Of a stretch of 64,000 nt of DNA, positions 37,984-51,850 are shown piece by piece. The notes under the pieces were generated by a model that saw nothing but the letters and a program-made list of their open reading frames with translations, made no database searches and was not told the origin of the DNA. The stretch spans positions 11,408,001 to 11,472,000 of the forward strand of contig CM114271.1 in the NCBI GenBank assembly GCA_050084515.1. Reading direction: 5' to 3'. This stretch comes from Blasia pusilla. Its lineage: Eukaryota. Numbering within the stretch: position 1 is the stretch's first letter; each line of letters opens with the position of its first letter. The translations under genes were made by a program, and so were the position numbers.

Positions 37984-39167
37984 GTGATTTCAAGTTATGC
38001 ATACATAGAAAGGAAAGAACTCTCGGATCCAGGTCGAATTGCTGGCCATGATGAGAAACTCTGGAGAAGAGAAAAGGAGGCAGCAAGGGTCCTAGGCCTA
38101 CAAAAGCTTAGATGTCCTTGTAGTGAGTGCAAGGGAATCAAGTTAAGATTCTTGCATATAGTAGAAAAACACTTGATTGAATATAAGCGGTATCCTCCAA
38201 GAAGGATTTGGAGAAATATAAATGATTATGACTCCTATGATGAAGAGTGAAAATCACAAAGGTTGAAATCTCAGAGGATGCAAGACAATCCAACTTTGAC
38301 CCAAAGTGTAGATCAGATCAACCAACCAGATAGTAGTCAAAGTTTTGATAAGGGATTGGACATTCCTAGAATGATCAATGAAGCATTCCATCGCTTTGAT
38401 CAGGGGGACATAGAGGATCTTGAATGTGATATTAATAAACCAATGGAAGTTGAAGACCAATTTGATGAGGTCCCTTTTGAGACAGGGACCAAATATTTGT
38501 ATGAAAACATACCAGATGAAGATTTAGAAACATACTCTACATCCTTGAAGAGCACATGTCAAGCTCTATTCCATGGAAGCCACACCAGTATTCTAGCATT
38601 TACATTCATGATATGGTTGAATATATGTAGTACACATAGCTTTTCGAATGTAACCGTGGAATAGCTCTTGAAGTTCTTATGGTTGCAAGTCCTACCTACC
38701 AATAATCTTGTCCCTAAAAACCATTATGCTGCCAAGAAACTAATATCCAATCTAGGACTTAACTACGTGCTAATCCATGCTTGTCCTAATGGATGCATGT
38801 TATTTCGGGGAGCGCAATCTAAGTTGGCTCAATGCACAAAGTGCAATGCTCATAGGTTTAAGGATGTCAGCAAGAGCAAGATAGCGACAAAGGTCCTAAG
38901 GCACTTCCCCATCATTCCTCAACTAAAACGATTGTACACATGTAGATCCATTTGTGAATCAATGAAATGGACCAGTTGCAACAAAAGTGTAGATGGCAAG
39001 GTCAGACATCTAGGGGATTCCAAGCAATGGAAACTTACAGATGAAATATGGCTTGATTTTGCAAAAGCCCTCGTAATTGTAGACTTGCACTAGCCTTGGA
39101 TGGAGTAAACCCATTCAGCGATAAGAAAAATGTATGGTCTACCTGGCCTGTTGTGTTAGTCAATTAT
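37984..39167 (+). pseudogene. CACTA Tnp2/TnpD transposase, N-terminal part
   Basis: 'CPCSECKG..HL', 'IHACPNGCMLF...CTKC..HRF', 'KVLRHFPIIPQLKRLY', 'DSKQWK', 'DGVNPF...WSTWPVVLVNY', ending at the MULE terminus at 39168. Confidence 0.9.
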
Positions 39168-40188
39168 GGGGGCTAGTATTCTGGCAGGAGAGAGGAAGAG
39201 AGGAGAGGAAGAGAGGAAGAGAGGAGAGTCTCTCTTCAAAAAAAAGGGCAGAATCCGCCTCCTCTCTTCAAAAATTTTTGACATATTTGAAATTTTTGTT
39301 TGCTTTAAAATGCAAGAAATCTTTAGAAGAGAGTAGCAAGTGGACCACATTCGGCCTAAAGTAACCTCTTTTTTCTAGGGGGCAAAAAACAAGTAGACAT
39401 CATAAGACTACTACAAACATTCTTCCATCACTCTCCATGTGAGCCTAAGTTTCTTCACATTGCCTGTCTCAGTCTACAATAAGTTGTGCCCAGGGGTATT
39501 TTTAACTACTCTAACTATGGTCTCAATAGACTACGGTGCCCTTCAGGGTTTAACTTCTGGCAATATGTGGTTGACATTATGGATTGACATCTCTTCTTGC
39601 AAAAGGCATAAAATACTCCTCAATAAGGGGCAAAAGAAAGGCAAAAGGAAATGCCTTTAAATGATTCTTGACTCTTCTTGCAGAAGGCATCAATACTCAT
39701 CCATAAGGGGGTTTTCCACAACAAAACAAATTGCTCATCACTCATGGTAGCCTTAGACTTTCATTACATCATTTGATGATGTGGGCTCTTGAATGGGTGC
39801 ACAAAATATACCATGGACTGCTGTGCGTTTGAAAACTTGGTTTCACCATTCTCTCTGCCACTGAGAAATGTAAACACACAAGACGAAAATTGAACCAAAA
39901 GATTGATAGCTGTCTAGAGTAAAGAGAAACTGATCAAAAAGAAAACGTGATCAGACGAGACGACAATTGAAGCAAAAGATATTTAGTTGTTAGGAGTAAA
40001 GAGGAACTGATGCACCCATGTCCCTTTATTCAGATTCTAAATCTGAGAATCCGAGAAGCTGCACCCCTCCCAACCCGTCGGAATTCAACAGGTTGCAACT
40101 CTTGCAACCCGTCGGAATCGGATGGGTTGCACCCCTTGCAAGCAAACTCACCATAATAAAAGAGGGATTTTGAGAAGTGATTCCATTC
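39168..40188. mobile_element. MULE-family terminal fragment (GGGGGCT.GTATTCTGGCAGG end), interrupted by a second copy at 40189
   Basis: Reverse complement of ~32000-32240 and ~32440-32756 of copy 1. Confidence 0.85.
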
Positions 40189-42077
40189 GGGGGCTGGTAT
40201 TTTGGCAGGAGAGAGTAAGAGAGGAGAGGAAGAGAGGAAGAGAGGAGAGTCTCTCTTCGAAAAAAAGGGCCAAATCCGTCTCCTCTCTTCAAAACTTTAT
40301 GACATATTTGAAATTTTTGTTTGCTTTCAAATCCATGAAATCTTTAGAAGAGAGTAGGTAGTGGTCCACATTTGGCCCTAAAAAAACCTCCTTTTTCCTT
40401 GGGGCGAAAAAAAAATAGACATCATAAGGCCACTACAAACATTTTCCATCACTCTCCATGTGAGCCTAAGTTTCTTAACATCTCCTCATCTCGGTCAACA
40501 AAAAGCAGTGCCCTTGGTATTTTTGTTGGAGGACCACTCGGATGCCAACCCTAAGCATCTCCTCCAAGGCATCTACTGCCTGAAATTTCTACCTCATCTA
40601 CTTCTGAACCTGCCCTAACTAAAGCCTCTTGAGCAACATTGATGGCATAGGCTCGACCTGTCTCTTGGACATGCTTGAAGGTGAGATCTACCTCTATATT
40701 CTTCCCATGCTTGCTTCTTCTCAATCTGGTTCGAGCCCCGCCTTTAGTTCACACCTCCACTTAGCTCCACCTGCACAAATCTTCCACAAATCACTTCTTG
40801 GATCCTCTCAACTCCATAGATCTCTCCCTTGGATTCTCAAGCTTTATGGCCTTCAAATGAGGTCCTCTAGGCTTCCATGAGGAATCTTCTAGCCCACAAG
40901 AGTCCAAGCATTTGAGCTCAGCCACCATTGACCTCTTCTTAGCCCCTTATTCTTCATTTCTTGGCCCTAACAATCAGATCCACCCCCTTGGTTCAAACCC
41001 TCCTCTACAACAGCAATCAAGCACTCTATCTCCTTCATTGGATACCTCGAGACTCCTAGTGCCTACACTATCGCCCTTGTCTCCTCTAGGCTTGAGGTCA
41101 ATGGAGTGACTTGGCTGCATTATCACCTTGTACAATCTTCTTGACTTGTTCTTGACACCTATTTCTTTGGGCCTTTCTCTTGCACCACCTCCACAAGTCC
41201 AAAAACATATTCCAGAAAACTTTTACAAACACCATTATGGGTTCAAAAAATCTCGTCCTTTATTACCTCCGAAGGAACCTCGGAAATGTATATTGAACCT
41301 AGTCTATGATTTCTTCACCTCGTCATCTACAAATTTACTCCTAACTCTCCTCGATGATGATTACCAAAGGAATGTCCTGGGATTCAAGTGGCTCCTCCGG
41401 CCGGTTGTAGACGGGGATCAAAAATATTGGCGGTCGAGAGCCTTGGCCCCCTAGGTACACCATAACGGTCCCATGTAACCTGTCTCGAGTCCCACCGCCT
41501 TCCTCGGCAAAGATACCTTGTACGCTCGCAATGTGACACCCATCCAAGATCAATATCCGCTCCGCCCCGGTAATACCACTATGGCAACCGCCTGACAGTA
41601 GAAGGAATCCAACACGCCCGAGAGAAGAAAAGAAGCCTACGCCGCTTTTACGAGTTGAGGGAAGGTGCCAAGGGAAGAAGCCCGCCAGATCGCTCGATCC
41701 GAAGGGTCCGATCGGCAACTGTCGAATCGAGACAGTTGCCTGGAGGTGGTAAAAAGGGTCCGATGGTCAAAAGCGAAAAGTTGCAAGGAAGAGAAATCCG
41801 ACGGGTTGCAAGTGGTCATAAAGTGAAAATTGCAAGCGTGAGAAATCCGACGGGTTGCAAAGTAGAAGACCGTGGAGTACATAGACGATCATATTGAAAA
41901 GACAAAATGATCACCAAACATTTACAAGCACCACCATCGATCGAAAAAATCTTCGCTTTATATCATCCGAAAAAGCTCTGAATCAGACATTTGATCTATT
42001 CTATGAAATCTTTTGCCAAATTATCAAAAACTCCCTACTCCAAACGTCATTAAGCTGGGTCGTTGAGTTCTTTGAAC

Positions 42078-45000
42078 TCACTTGTCATCGTCGAGAGCTC
42101 TTGCAAAATCACTTTCGACCTTGCCCTCCCGATTTTGGGAATCGTTGGAAGTGACGATGGAGTCATTACCAAGGGTGGCTCTGGGAACCGAGCTCTCGGC
42201 CGGTGGAGAGTTGTACGCCTAACGAGCCTTTCAGATTCTCGCCTTTGCCTCCTTGCAAAGGTCAAGCAGATTCGCCTTCCTCGAGGCAAAGAATGTTCTC
42301 GCCACTCGCTAGGCGCCTCGATACTCGCCCGAAAGGCCCACTAAGTCAAACACCAAGTCACCCGGCCTTGAGCAGAGCTTGATGAGCGTTTGTATCGTGG
42401 TCGGCGACTTTTCCTTCCTCCCGAAGCTGGTCTTGTCTTGCATGTAAATTCCGGGGAATTGTACAAACTATCTAAGCTGTACCCATCTGAGCATGGATCC
42501 ACAGGATCCTGGATCTTGAACACTTAGAAATTGTGCTCGGGCCGAACGAAGCAGTACACATAGGAGTGGTTCATCTGTAAATCACCACGAAACAATGTCA
42601 GAAACTAAAGAAGTCGCCTTGAGAAGATTTTCAATAACTGACTTTGGATCAACCTGTCGGAGTCCGACGGGTTGTTTTGTCCCGGACCCACCCGTCGGAA
42701 CCCGACTGGTTGTAGTTGCTTTTGGGTTTTCCAAGTTGATTTTGGTTTTCGGATGCAACCCGTCGGAAGGCAACGGGTTGCTGGCCTAGACCAGCCCATG
42801 CTCGCCTAAGAGCAACCCGTCTGATAGCAACCCGTCGCTATTAGACAGGTTGCATCCAAAAACCAAAATCAAATGCAACCCGTCCGGTTCCGACGGGTTG
42901 CAGGTACACCGCGGTTTTCCCTCTATATGTGGGAAAGATGCAACCCGTCGGAAACCGACGGGTTGCTCTCAGCCGAGCATGGGCTGCTCTAAGCCAACAA
43001 CCCGTCGCCTTCCGACGGGTTGCTCACGGACAAAAAAAACCCAGACTGACTCTCATTCTACACATCATTATAAGATAATTGAAATTATTGTATAGGAATT
43101 GAGCCTTACCCGAATCTGACTCGTTGCGGATCGGAGTGGGTACTCGTTTTTTATGATCCATGATTGTGCCGTCCTCCACTTTAGCGACCTCTTGACGCAT
43201 TGGAGGTTGAAGAGCTCGTCCTCGCTCCCTCTAGTCAACACCAAGAAGCAAAGCACCTGTCACTCAGATAAGCGTCTGCAAAGGAGAACAAAAGTGCAAT
43301 CTGGTCATAAGTGAGCGGCAGATTCCACTAAGGTACCTCGTACGCCGGATTTTTGCCCCAAAGTCACAACCCCGAGGGCAGATCGGCGATCAAGAGATCC
43401 ACCGCAACCTCTTCCACCACTCCATTCACCGTCCAGGCAGCGGGCCCGTTTCGTTGGAGCTTCCGTCCCAGCGTTGTCAATTTTTCGATGGCAGTTGTCG
43501 ACGCTTGAGAATCGAAGTTGTTCACTCATCCAAGAAAGAGGTGAATCGAGGGAGGACGCTTGTCCGGGTCGTTGTTTGTCTATGTCTTCCCAAGGATGAT
43601 GGGCTGTATTCTCCTTGGGACAACCCGGGCACCTCTCGCTTCCGCTTCTCCCTAGTCTGGGGATGGCTTGTCGGGGTTTCTATGACCTCGGATTCTTGTG
43701 GCGTTTTCTTCGCCGAGGACCTGGTCCGACCCTCTCTCCCTGCTCGTCCGGACGATTCCGCCTCTGGCCTCTCATCTTCAGGCTCTCTTTGGGAAGTCTC
43801 GGCCTCTGAATTTTTCCCTCCCCTCGCCTTGCCTTTGAGACCATTTGTGGATTTGTCTTTGGCTGTCCGGACCTTGGAAGCCAACTCAACTGCCTCGTGG
43901 GCTGCGCTTTCAGCATCTCCTCCGAAGAAGTCTTTAGGCCGACGAAATTGGGGATGTCGTCTTGTCCCGAGGCCATCTTTGATCATGAAGGACTCGTAAG
44001 TCCTTATCCGTGATGTCTTGTGGTCGTTGAAGTCGAGCCAAATGGGGCAATTCTCCACCTCCCAATCCGACATGTGTTGACCCATCTCCACGTCGTACAT
44101 GGAGAATGTCTCGCATCCGGCGAAGCCCACAATTTCAAGGTCGCCGGTAATTTTCCCCACGCACTGCGTTCTTACATCGACGAGGTACCTAAATACCATC
44201 CGTTGGGCGCTTTTAGTCGAACATTATCGGCCGTCTACTCCTATAGATCTTGCTTCTTCTTCGCTTGATCCCGTTTGTTACCCTCTACTTCTTCGTCAAG
44301 CTCGCCGAGGGAGGACGCAAACCTTGAACATGGTCTTGAATCCTGGGTTCTTGGTTGGCTTGTCCCGGATGTCGCCGAGCCAAACCTCGTAATCTCCGAA
44401 CTTTCAAGGTTTGCTTCGGCGGAATGGGCTCTAATCTTCCGAGCCCGCTGCGAGACCATCCAAAGACGGACTTCCCGATTACCCGCAACGCGCCCCTAAC
44501 GACCATTCGCGTAGCCAATGCGAGATCATCGGATCGGACACACCGGAGGATGGTGTGCCGCCCTCTTCCGGGCCTCGAGCCCTCTAGACTGATTTTCATC
44601 AGTCGTATCCTCCTGAACTCGCTAATCCCGGATAACGCAAAACGATGCACGCGATCCAGCGACACTTTCTCCCCAATCCGACCATGCGGATCTTCATCCC
44701 TCTTCCGCTGACGCTTGATAATCGCCTTGAGCTCCTTGTAGAACTCCGGACCAAGTTTGGGGTTGAGAATGCTGATGTATCGCTGCATCTTGCTTGTCGT
44801 GTATTTCGTTGCAGCAGATACAACAGCTTGGATGAATTTGGCACGCGCGCTCAGACGCAGATACCTTCTCCCTCCGCTCCAGCTCCGGGCTGGCGCTTTT
44901 CTTGCCTGTATCTTCGACCAGCAAAGGATGGTTACGATCGCATCTTGAGAAATAAACTTGTTTGCCCAAGTTTTCTTCTTAATCTGAGCACCCTTTGCAA

Positions 45001-46934
45001 GCATCGATTGACAAGGGCACGCCCAAGAACCCTCAGACTCTCCCAAAAGGTGCGTCGTAAGCACCTTCCTCACCCCATCGCAGTCCTGGATCCAATGGTG
45101 GGTGACATTCCCCTCCGATACAATCCCGCACATCCAAACTCAACCCGTCAGGAAATTACATGGGTTCACGCAACCCGCCGGACTCGACGGGTCGTCACTT
45201 CGGGTTGGATTCTAGCAACAAGCTAAATGATGCAACCCGTCGGAGTCCGACGGGTTGCATTCAGATTTGCTAATGCCAGGTAAGCAACTCGTCGGACTCC
45301 GACGGGTTGCTGGACTGCACGCTTTTTCGGATGTTTTTTTAAGATTGCAACTCGTCGGACTCACGAAGGTCGGATCGCACGCTTTTTCGGATGTTTTTTT
45401 AAGATTGCAACTCGTCGGACTCCGACGACTTGTATGATTGAACATAGATTTAACTAGTTGTTGGCCCAAAGCAAACCATCGGAGTCCGACGGGTTGCTCG
45501 ATAGGCCGCCTTGTGAGGTTGTTTCTTTAAGAATGCAACTCGTCGGACTCCGACAAGTTGCTCGAGTGACTGCAGGTTTAGAAGGTTTTTCCCCAAAGCA
45601 ACCCGTCGGAGTCCGACGGGTTGCTTGCCTCGAAGCTATTTTTCCCCATATCAACCCGTCGGAGTCCGACGGGTTGATTTCGGCCAAAAATAGTTTCGAG
45701 GCAAGCAACCCGTCGGAGTCCGACGGGTTGCTTTGGACCAAAAACTAGTTAAATCTATGTTCCATCAAACAAGTCGTCGGAGTCCGACGAGTGTCAATCT
45801 TAAAAAAACATCCGGAAAACCGTGTTGTCTAGCAACCCGTCGGAGTCCGACGAGTTGCTTTCTGCCTAAACAAACCTAACCCATTCATCAATCGAGCAAC
45901 TCGTCGGACTCCGACGAGTTGCGAAAGTGTTAAAGATACTTACGTGTTCATGGCATGCATTGCCATCTCCACCTTCGCCATGTGATGAGGGTATGGGTGA
46001 AGGACCACTGCCTTCACGCAGAAATGTGACTCCAATGAGTTGGGGCGCTCCTCCGCAAACTTGGTCCACGCCATGAACCTGTGATTTCCATCCTAGATGA
46101 AGAAATGCGATTCCTCATCCGGCTGAATTTCTGTGCCCTCAACTTGCCCTCAAGTCCTGGTCTCGCATCCTCCGAATGTGTCAAGATTTTCCAAGTCCTC
46201 CTCAAGTAACGAGCTTGGGTTCCATGCTCGTCGTAAGGCTGAACATAGAAGGGAGGAAAAGCGTCACGTGGGATCTTTGTCGCCGCCGATTGTTTTAGCT
46301 TTGCGATGTCCTCGTCTTGATCAGATTTCGCGGACGTATTCCATTGTCCTTAATCGGTAGAGTGGAATCTCGGGCGTTGTGGCCCTCCATGAGTGCCATC
46401 TGCTTTACCACCTGTCAGAACCGGGACAAGAGGAATAAGCTACACTGAAATCCCAATGAATTGCAATTCACATAATTAAAAAAACCCAGAACCTCTCTTA
46501 CCCGCTGGAAAATGGAGTCGGTTTCTTGACCAGCTAACTTGTCTGAGACAAGGGCTGGCAAATCGACTGGGAACTCGTCGATCCAATAGAGGTCGATGTC
46601 CTCTGCCGGGCTTGGAGTCGAGAATGACCGCTCTGCGGCTTCTTCCGCCATGTCCACCATCTCCACGCTGGCGGTCCTCATGACCTCGTCGTCATCGATT
46701 TGAATTGGTGTTGATTCCACTATGTTGATTGTGTCCCCGGACTTCGTGGGGGACATTTCCCGCATCTCAACACTTGCGGTTGGACGGGCTGGGCTATCGT
46801 CAATGGCTATCGCTTTTTCCCGCCTCGCTTTAGCCAATTCTGCCCTCCTCACCGACGCGTCTAGACTCTTCTTTTCTCTCTTTTCGTCGGCGATCCTTTT
46901 CTTCAAGGCCTTTGCCGGAAATGCCTCCACCTAT
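42078..46934 (-). pseudogene. ParB/Srx + amino-MTase-like gene, copy 2 (many indels, N-terminal deletion)
   Basis: DGNHR retained (~46077-46091); 'VDLLIADLPSG' (~43370-43403); 'PGDLVFDLVGLSG' (~42330-42366). Confidence 0.75.
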
Positions 46935-48217
46935 GCCCACGACAAATCCCTTGATCAGTCGCCTTGCTGATGTCGAGATGGGAGCTCGTCTCACCTTGAT
47001 GGTTAGCTCGAATCGTCCCGATATCGCTCGGTCGAATTGTCTCGCTCTCGTTCCCTCCTATCGACTCGCGATGTGTCGCCGCGTGAAATGCCCCTTCGTA
47101 TCTGATCAGCTGCTGCGCGGGAGAGTGAGGAGTGAGGAATGAAGATCGCGAAATGAGAAACCAGAAATGAGCGATTTCTGCCCTATTTATACTTTTCTAG
47201 CTGTTGGGCTGACCGTTGGGTCCCGTCGTCCTTTCGACGGCGACGTGCCGAATGTTACGGAAGTCCGGACGTGAAAAATTGCAACCCGTCGGAGTCCGAC
47301 AGGTTGCGTGGCTCCGCCATCCTGGGGACGTCGCCACGTGTGCGAGCAACCCGTCGGAGACCGACGGGTTGAGCGCCTCCGTTGTCTTCGGAAAAGAACG
47401 CGAGCCCGCGCAACCCGTCGGAGACCGACATGTTGCGCGCCTCCGCAATCCTGCGAATGTCGCCACGTGCGCAAGCAACCCGTCGGAGACCGACGGGTCG
47501 AGCGCCTCCGTCGTCTTTGGAAAACAACGCGAGGTACCCGCGCAAGCCGTCGGAGACCGACATGTTGCGCGCCTCCGCGGTGTTTGGGACGGGAACGGGA
47601 CGTATTTTGGGCAATCCGTCGGAGACTGTTGGGTTGCACGCTTCCCTCATCAAGGGTTAGGAACGATGGCTTCCCGTGCAAGTCGTCGGAGTTTGGCTGG
47701 CTGCACCACAAGGCGACGCCCTTGTGCAACCCGTTGGACGGCGACGGGTTGCACGCCTCGCCGTCTTTGGGCTAAAAGGTGAGGCACCCGCGGAACTCAT
47801 CGGGAACAGACGGTTTGCACGCCTCCGGCATCTTCGAGCAAGAAGGAGCGATATCCCAGCAAGTCGTCGGAGAGTGACGGGTTGCTCGCTTTGACAATGT
47901 TTAGCAGAAGCGTGCAACCCGTCCGATGCCGACGGGTTGCAGGCTTCGGTAAGCTTCGGGTAATTTCTGAGTTACCAGGACTCCGACGGGTTCCAAGTGA
48001 TGCGCAACCCTCTGCTTCCCAAATCTGGTAACATATTGCAACACAATTGAATGTGTTACAGAATTGGATCCATTGTGTCAGACAATCTCCCCCACCGAAT
48101 TCATCTTGTCAGTAAAAATCTGTCAGGAGTATTTGTTTCCTATTCACTATAAATTAAATATTCTCATTCTCATTCTCATTCTCAGTCTCAGTCTCCTCTC
48201 GTAGGAATCTTCTTGGA

Positions 48218-51200
48218 ATGGATAATTATGTTAAGCTCACTTGTGGCAGTCATCTGGCGGCCCTTCCTCAATCAGAAATCATTCGACCCCAAGCTCGTGA
48301 GTCTTTCGTAGCAGTGGATGAAAATTTTCTGTCTGTTCGATTTCTTCTTCAAATTGGAACCATCTTTGTATCCAAAGATATTAGGGTGGAAGGTATGGAA
48401 GACATAATAGGTGAGACAGTCCAGCCAGTTACCTCAGACCGTAAAGTATGGAATCTCCTACCTGTAGCAAATGGTCAATACAGAGTTTACGGCCTACCCC
48501 TGAATTCGTCTGTTTCCCAAGTAGACGGTCTAGAATTTCCTAGTGCTCCGAGCTCTACGTTTGCAACTCCAAGCTCTGCAGATCCGGCTTTGACTCCAAC
48601 TTCGCACACTCATAACAATGTTGTTCTTCCTGAAGAGATTCCGGATGTTATCAACCTCAGAGGATCTGTCGGACACCAATCGGGCCCTGTGTCCGCCTAC
48701 TCGTTCCTCTTACGAGTATCAGGCAATAGTTTGCTTTCGTCTCTGCCCTTGAAAATGTTCAAGCACATTCTTGTCAACAAGCTGCCGCCCACGTACGATG
48801 GTAATTGCATTTTTGAGTTGCCTCCACTTGCTGCTCCCGCTCAAAAGAAGGATGGAGGACGCCTGAAGGGTATGGACAGAAAGTCTGATTGTCATCGAGG
48901 GTGCAGGCTTCAACGGACCAGTGCTTCCATCCCAGATGGTCCTTGGATTGTCTCCCGCCGCCAATGCGTGGGAGCCTTGGAGTGTAGAAGTCCAGCATGC
49001 CCGTATCTAGAGCGCAACGGGTGAGTCAATACGTCGCAATTCCCCCCCAAGAATGCAGAAACTCCATACGAGATGGGTGCCACAATACCACCGGGAGGCC
49101 ATCGATGTCCTCATTGTCAGGCATCGCCCTTCTGCGTTGGAGCGTGTCCTGCATACATATTTTTCATTGTCCATGACTTGGGCTCCACGTCAGAGTATAC
49201 AAGGCTGGCAGTTCATGTTGGCTCCCACACTCATCCTGTAACCGATGCAATTCAAAGACACATCAAGGAGGATGTGGCGAAGAAAGTAGCCGAGGTTTTC
49301 AGAAACTCTCTGGGTTGAAAGCCCGGAGTGATCAAGCTCACAACGGCATCACAAATTTGTGAACAATTGCTTGGAATCCCTGGACAGGGCGAGATCACGG
49401 CGGTTGAGGAGAAACAACTCTGGGAAAATCTCGCATTTCTCGCTGATCCTGAATGCTTCCGAATTTTTGCGTCGACATCGAGTTCGGATGGAAAGACGGC
49501 CGAAATGGATGCCATCGCTAGAATCAAGGCCAACTCTAGATTTCCATTCATTCAGAGATGGCAGTTCATGGGCCAAGGAGGCGAGGGATCCAGGGCCTAT
49601 GTCTTCAAAATGTCAACCACAGGTCCCTCGAGTGGCCTCGATCTTATAGATCGAATGAGGGAAGGGGAAGATCTTTACGGAGCGGGTCGACTTTGAATTT
49701 GCTACTGAGTCTTTGAACGGATGGTTGATGATGGGTGCTCACGTTTATGACCATGTGGAGAAGGGACTCAAAACTATATTTGTGTGTGAAGTAAAGGCAG
49801 AAGACGTTGGCAGTTTGAAGATGTGCTGGTTACTCTTATTGCAGGTGGTGAAGGAAAACAAAAGGCCACCTCCGGAAATTTATGGGTTCATGGCGGACAA
49901 TGCACAACCTGGGTGGATTGCTATCCGGGAAGTGTTCAGGGTGAGAGGTTCAACCGGAGAGGGAAAGGTCGGATGCTTTCCATTGGCAACTTGATCAGTG
50001 ACCAGACACCAAATCTTGCATCAAGGAGAATAAGAGGACAGAGCATGTCACTCTACTCCAACGCCGCAAGGACAAAGAAACCTTGAAGCAGGCCATGGAC
50101 TGCCAGGAAGAACTTCATGGGTGGTGGAGGAAGCATGCGATTGAGGGGAAGTACAAAGAGTTGTGCTCTTGGTTGAGTTGGTGGACTGTACGTATGAGAC
50201 AATGGGGAAACTTCATGCGGCAGGTGAGTTCACTATTTTGTCTTGTCAAGCTCACGCTGAGAATTTTTTGTAAAGTTGTAGCTTAGGGTGAGAAGCCTGG
50301 GAATTATATGGAATTCAAACCCAAGAAACCAAGCAAGGTGTCGGATGCGACGGGTTGCCCGAGTGTGCAACTCGACGGAAGCCGACGGGTTGCCCGAGTG
50401 TGCAACCCGACGGAAACCGACGGGTTGCATCCAGATGTTTGGTGTTGTCCCGAGTGTGCAACCATTCGGGACCCGACGGGTCACAGAGTCGTTCATGGGA
50501 TGCCTCGGCCTTGCAACCCGTCGGGTTCCGACGGGTTGCAGTAGGTGGGTTTAAGGTTACAACACGTCGGGACCCGACGGGTCGCAGAGTCGTTCATAGG
50601 ATGCCTCGGGCCTGCAACCCGTCTGGTTCCGACAAGTCGCTTATTTCTTTGACTCCTGGGTTATTTTCGTTCCCTTCTAACATTGCCGTCGTTGCGTGGA
50701 TTGAACGTTCATGAAAATGCCCTCCGCCCCAACACAAGTGGAGCGAGAAAGTGTTCATTCCTCTTGAGGTCGTCACAAGCATGCCAACAAATTTCACTTG
50801 TGGAGGCATGCCAACAAGACCAGCAAGAGCAATGCTACTGATCTGCGACATCCCATATCTTCCTCACAAAAGGCATAACAAAAGGAAAAGGGTCGTCGAT
50901 CTACGAGCTCTATGTCAGGGCGGCTGTGAGATCTGGTGATGAAAAATTGTATGTCGAAGCCTTCAACCGGTGCGTAGCTGGAACTCCACTCGAGCAAGAC
51001 GTACACATAGGTGGGGATATTCATGGGCGGGTTTCAAGACGTCCCATACAGATGGTGGTAGAGCAAATCGAATGAGACTCGTGGAGACCAGATAAGTATC
51101 TTGACTTGAGCAGTGAAGAAGCGAAAGATCGGGGAACGAATCCGGTGATTGATTTGGATGAGGAAATTACGCCGCCCAGGTATTCGGCGACCCTGGACCC

Positions 51201-51850
51201 GTCCCAAATTTGTGATGGAGTTACTTCTCCAAAATCAGTGAATGTTTTATTTCAAAAGCCCTCCGTTGCTGGAAGTTTGCAACATCCTGTCACTGGGGTG
51301 GTTCAACAATATGGGATTCCGGTAATGGAGGTGGATTGCAACCTAAAACGATGGCATATATCTCGGAGCAACCAGGGCGTGGACCCCTGCGCAGGCAGGA
51401 TCTGATGGCATTAGGAGAGCATGCGGCACTTTCCTAAATAAGAACTGTACAAGGACTGGACGACCACTGCCTGGGTTTTGGGGACTCAAAACCTTTGATC
51501 GTTCCGCAAGGACCAGGGATCAATTGAAGTACTTCTTATGCCCAAATGAATCTTGCGCTTTCCGGAAGTCTTATCCGGCTGCCATTGGAGCTCCCGGGAA
51601 TACCCCCACGATTTGGCCCATCGCCGCAGGCACGAACTGCACTCAAGACGAAGTGGACAATCTTACAAGTGTCGGTTTCAGACTCGTAGACGGGGGAAGT
51701 TCGGAGCATGTTCGCATTACAGAGACCTTCGCATTTCGTATTCAACCCAAGATTGATGTCAACATGTACCCGGAGAAGGTGGATGATCTCAATCCATTAT
51801 TTCTGTTTGAGTCTAGAAATGGGGTGAAGAGAAACAGAATGTGTAACACA
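48218..51850 (+). pseudogene. MULE transposase, copy 2
   Basis: Starts MDNYVKLTCGSHLAALPQS and is highly similar to 20820-24450; 'FMADNAQ' present. Confidence 0.85.

Larger units (their letters stand above)
34570..39167 (+). mobile_element. CACTA (En/Spm) element, 5' part, truncated by a MULE insertion
   Basis: Starts CACTAGAAGG at 34570 followed by AT-rich subterminal repeats; Tnp2 fragments lie downstream. The left boundary is inferred. Confidence 0.6.
40189..51850. mobile_element. MULE family copy 2, inverted relative to copy 1; truncated before the SWIM domain and second terminus
   Basis: Terminus at 40189; colinear reverse complement of ~20820-32756. Palindrome arrays at 42650-43025, 45165-45925, 47280-47995 and 50330-50635. 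Confidence 0.88.

Noticed and set aside
45165-45925. CRISPR-like look of the arrays (27-bp palindromic repeat + ~35-40 bp spacer)
   Set aside because: Many spacers resemble each other, repeats are degenerate, the arrays sit in spliceosomal introns of a eukaryotic transposon, and no cas genes are present.
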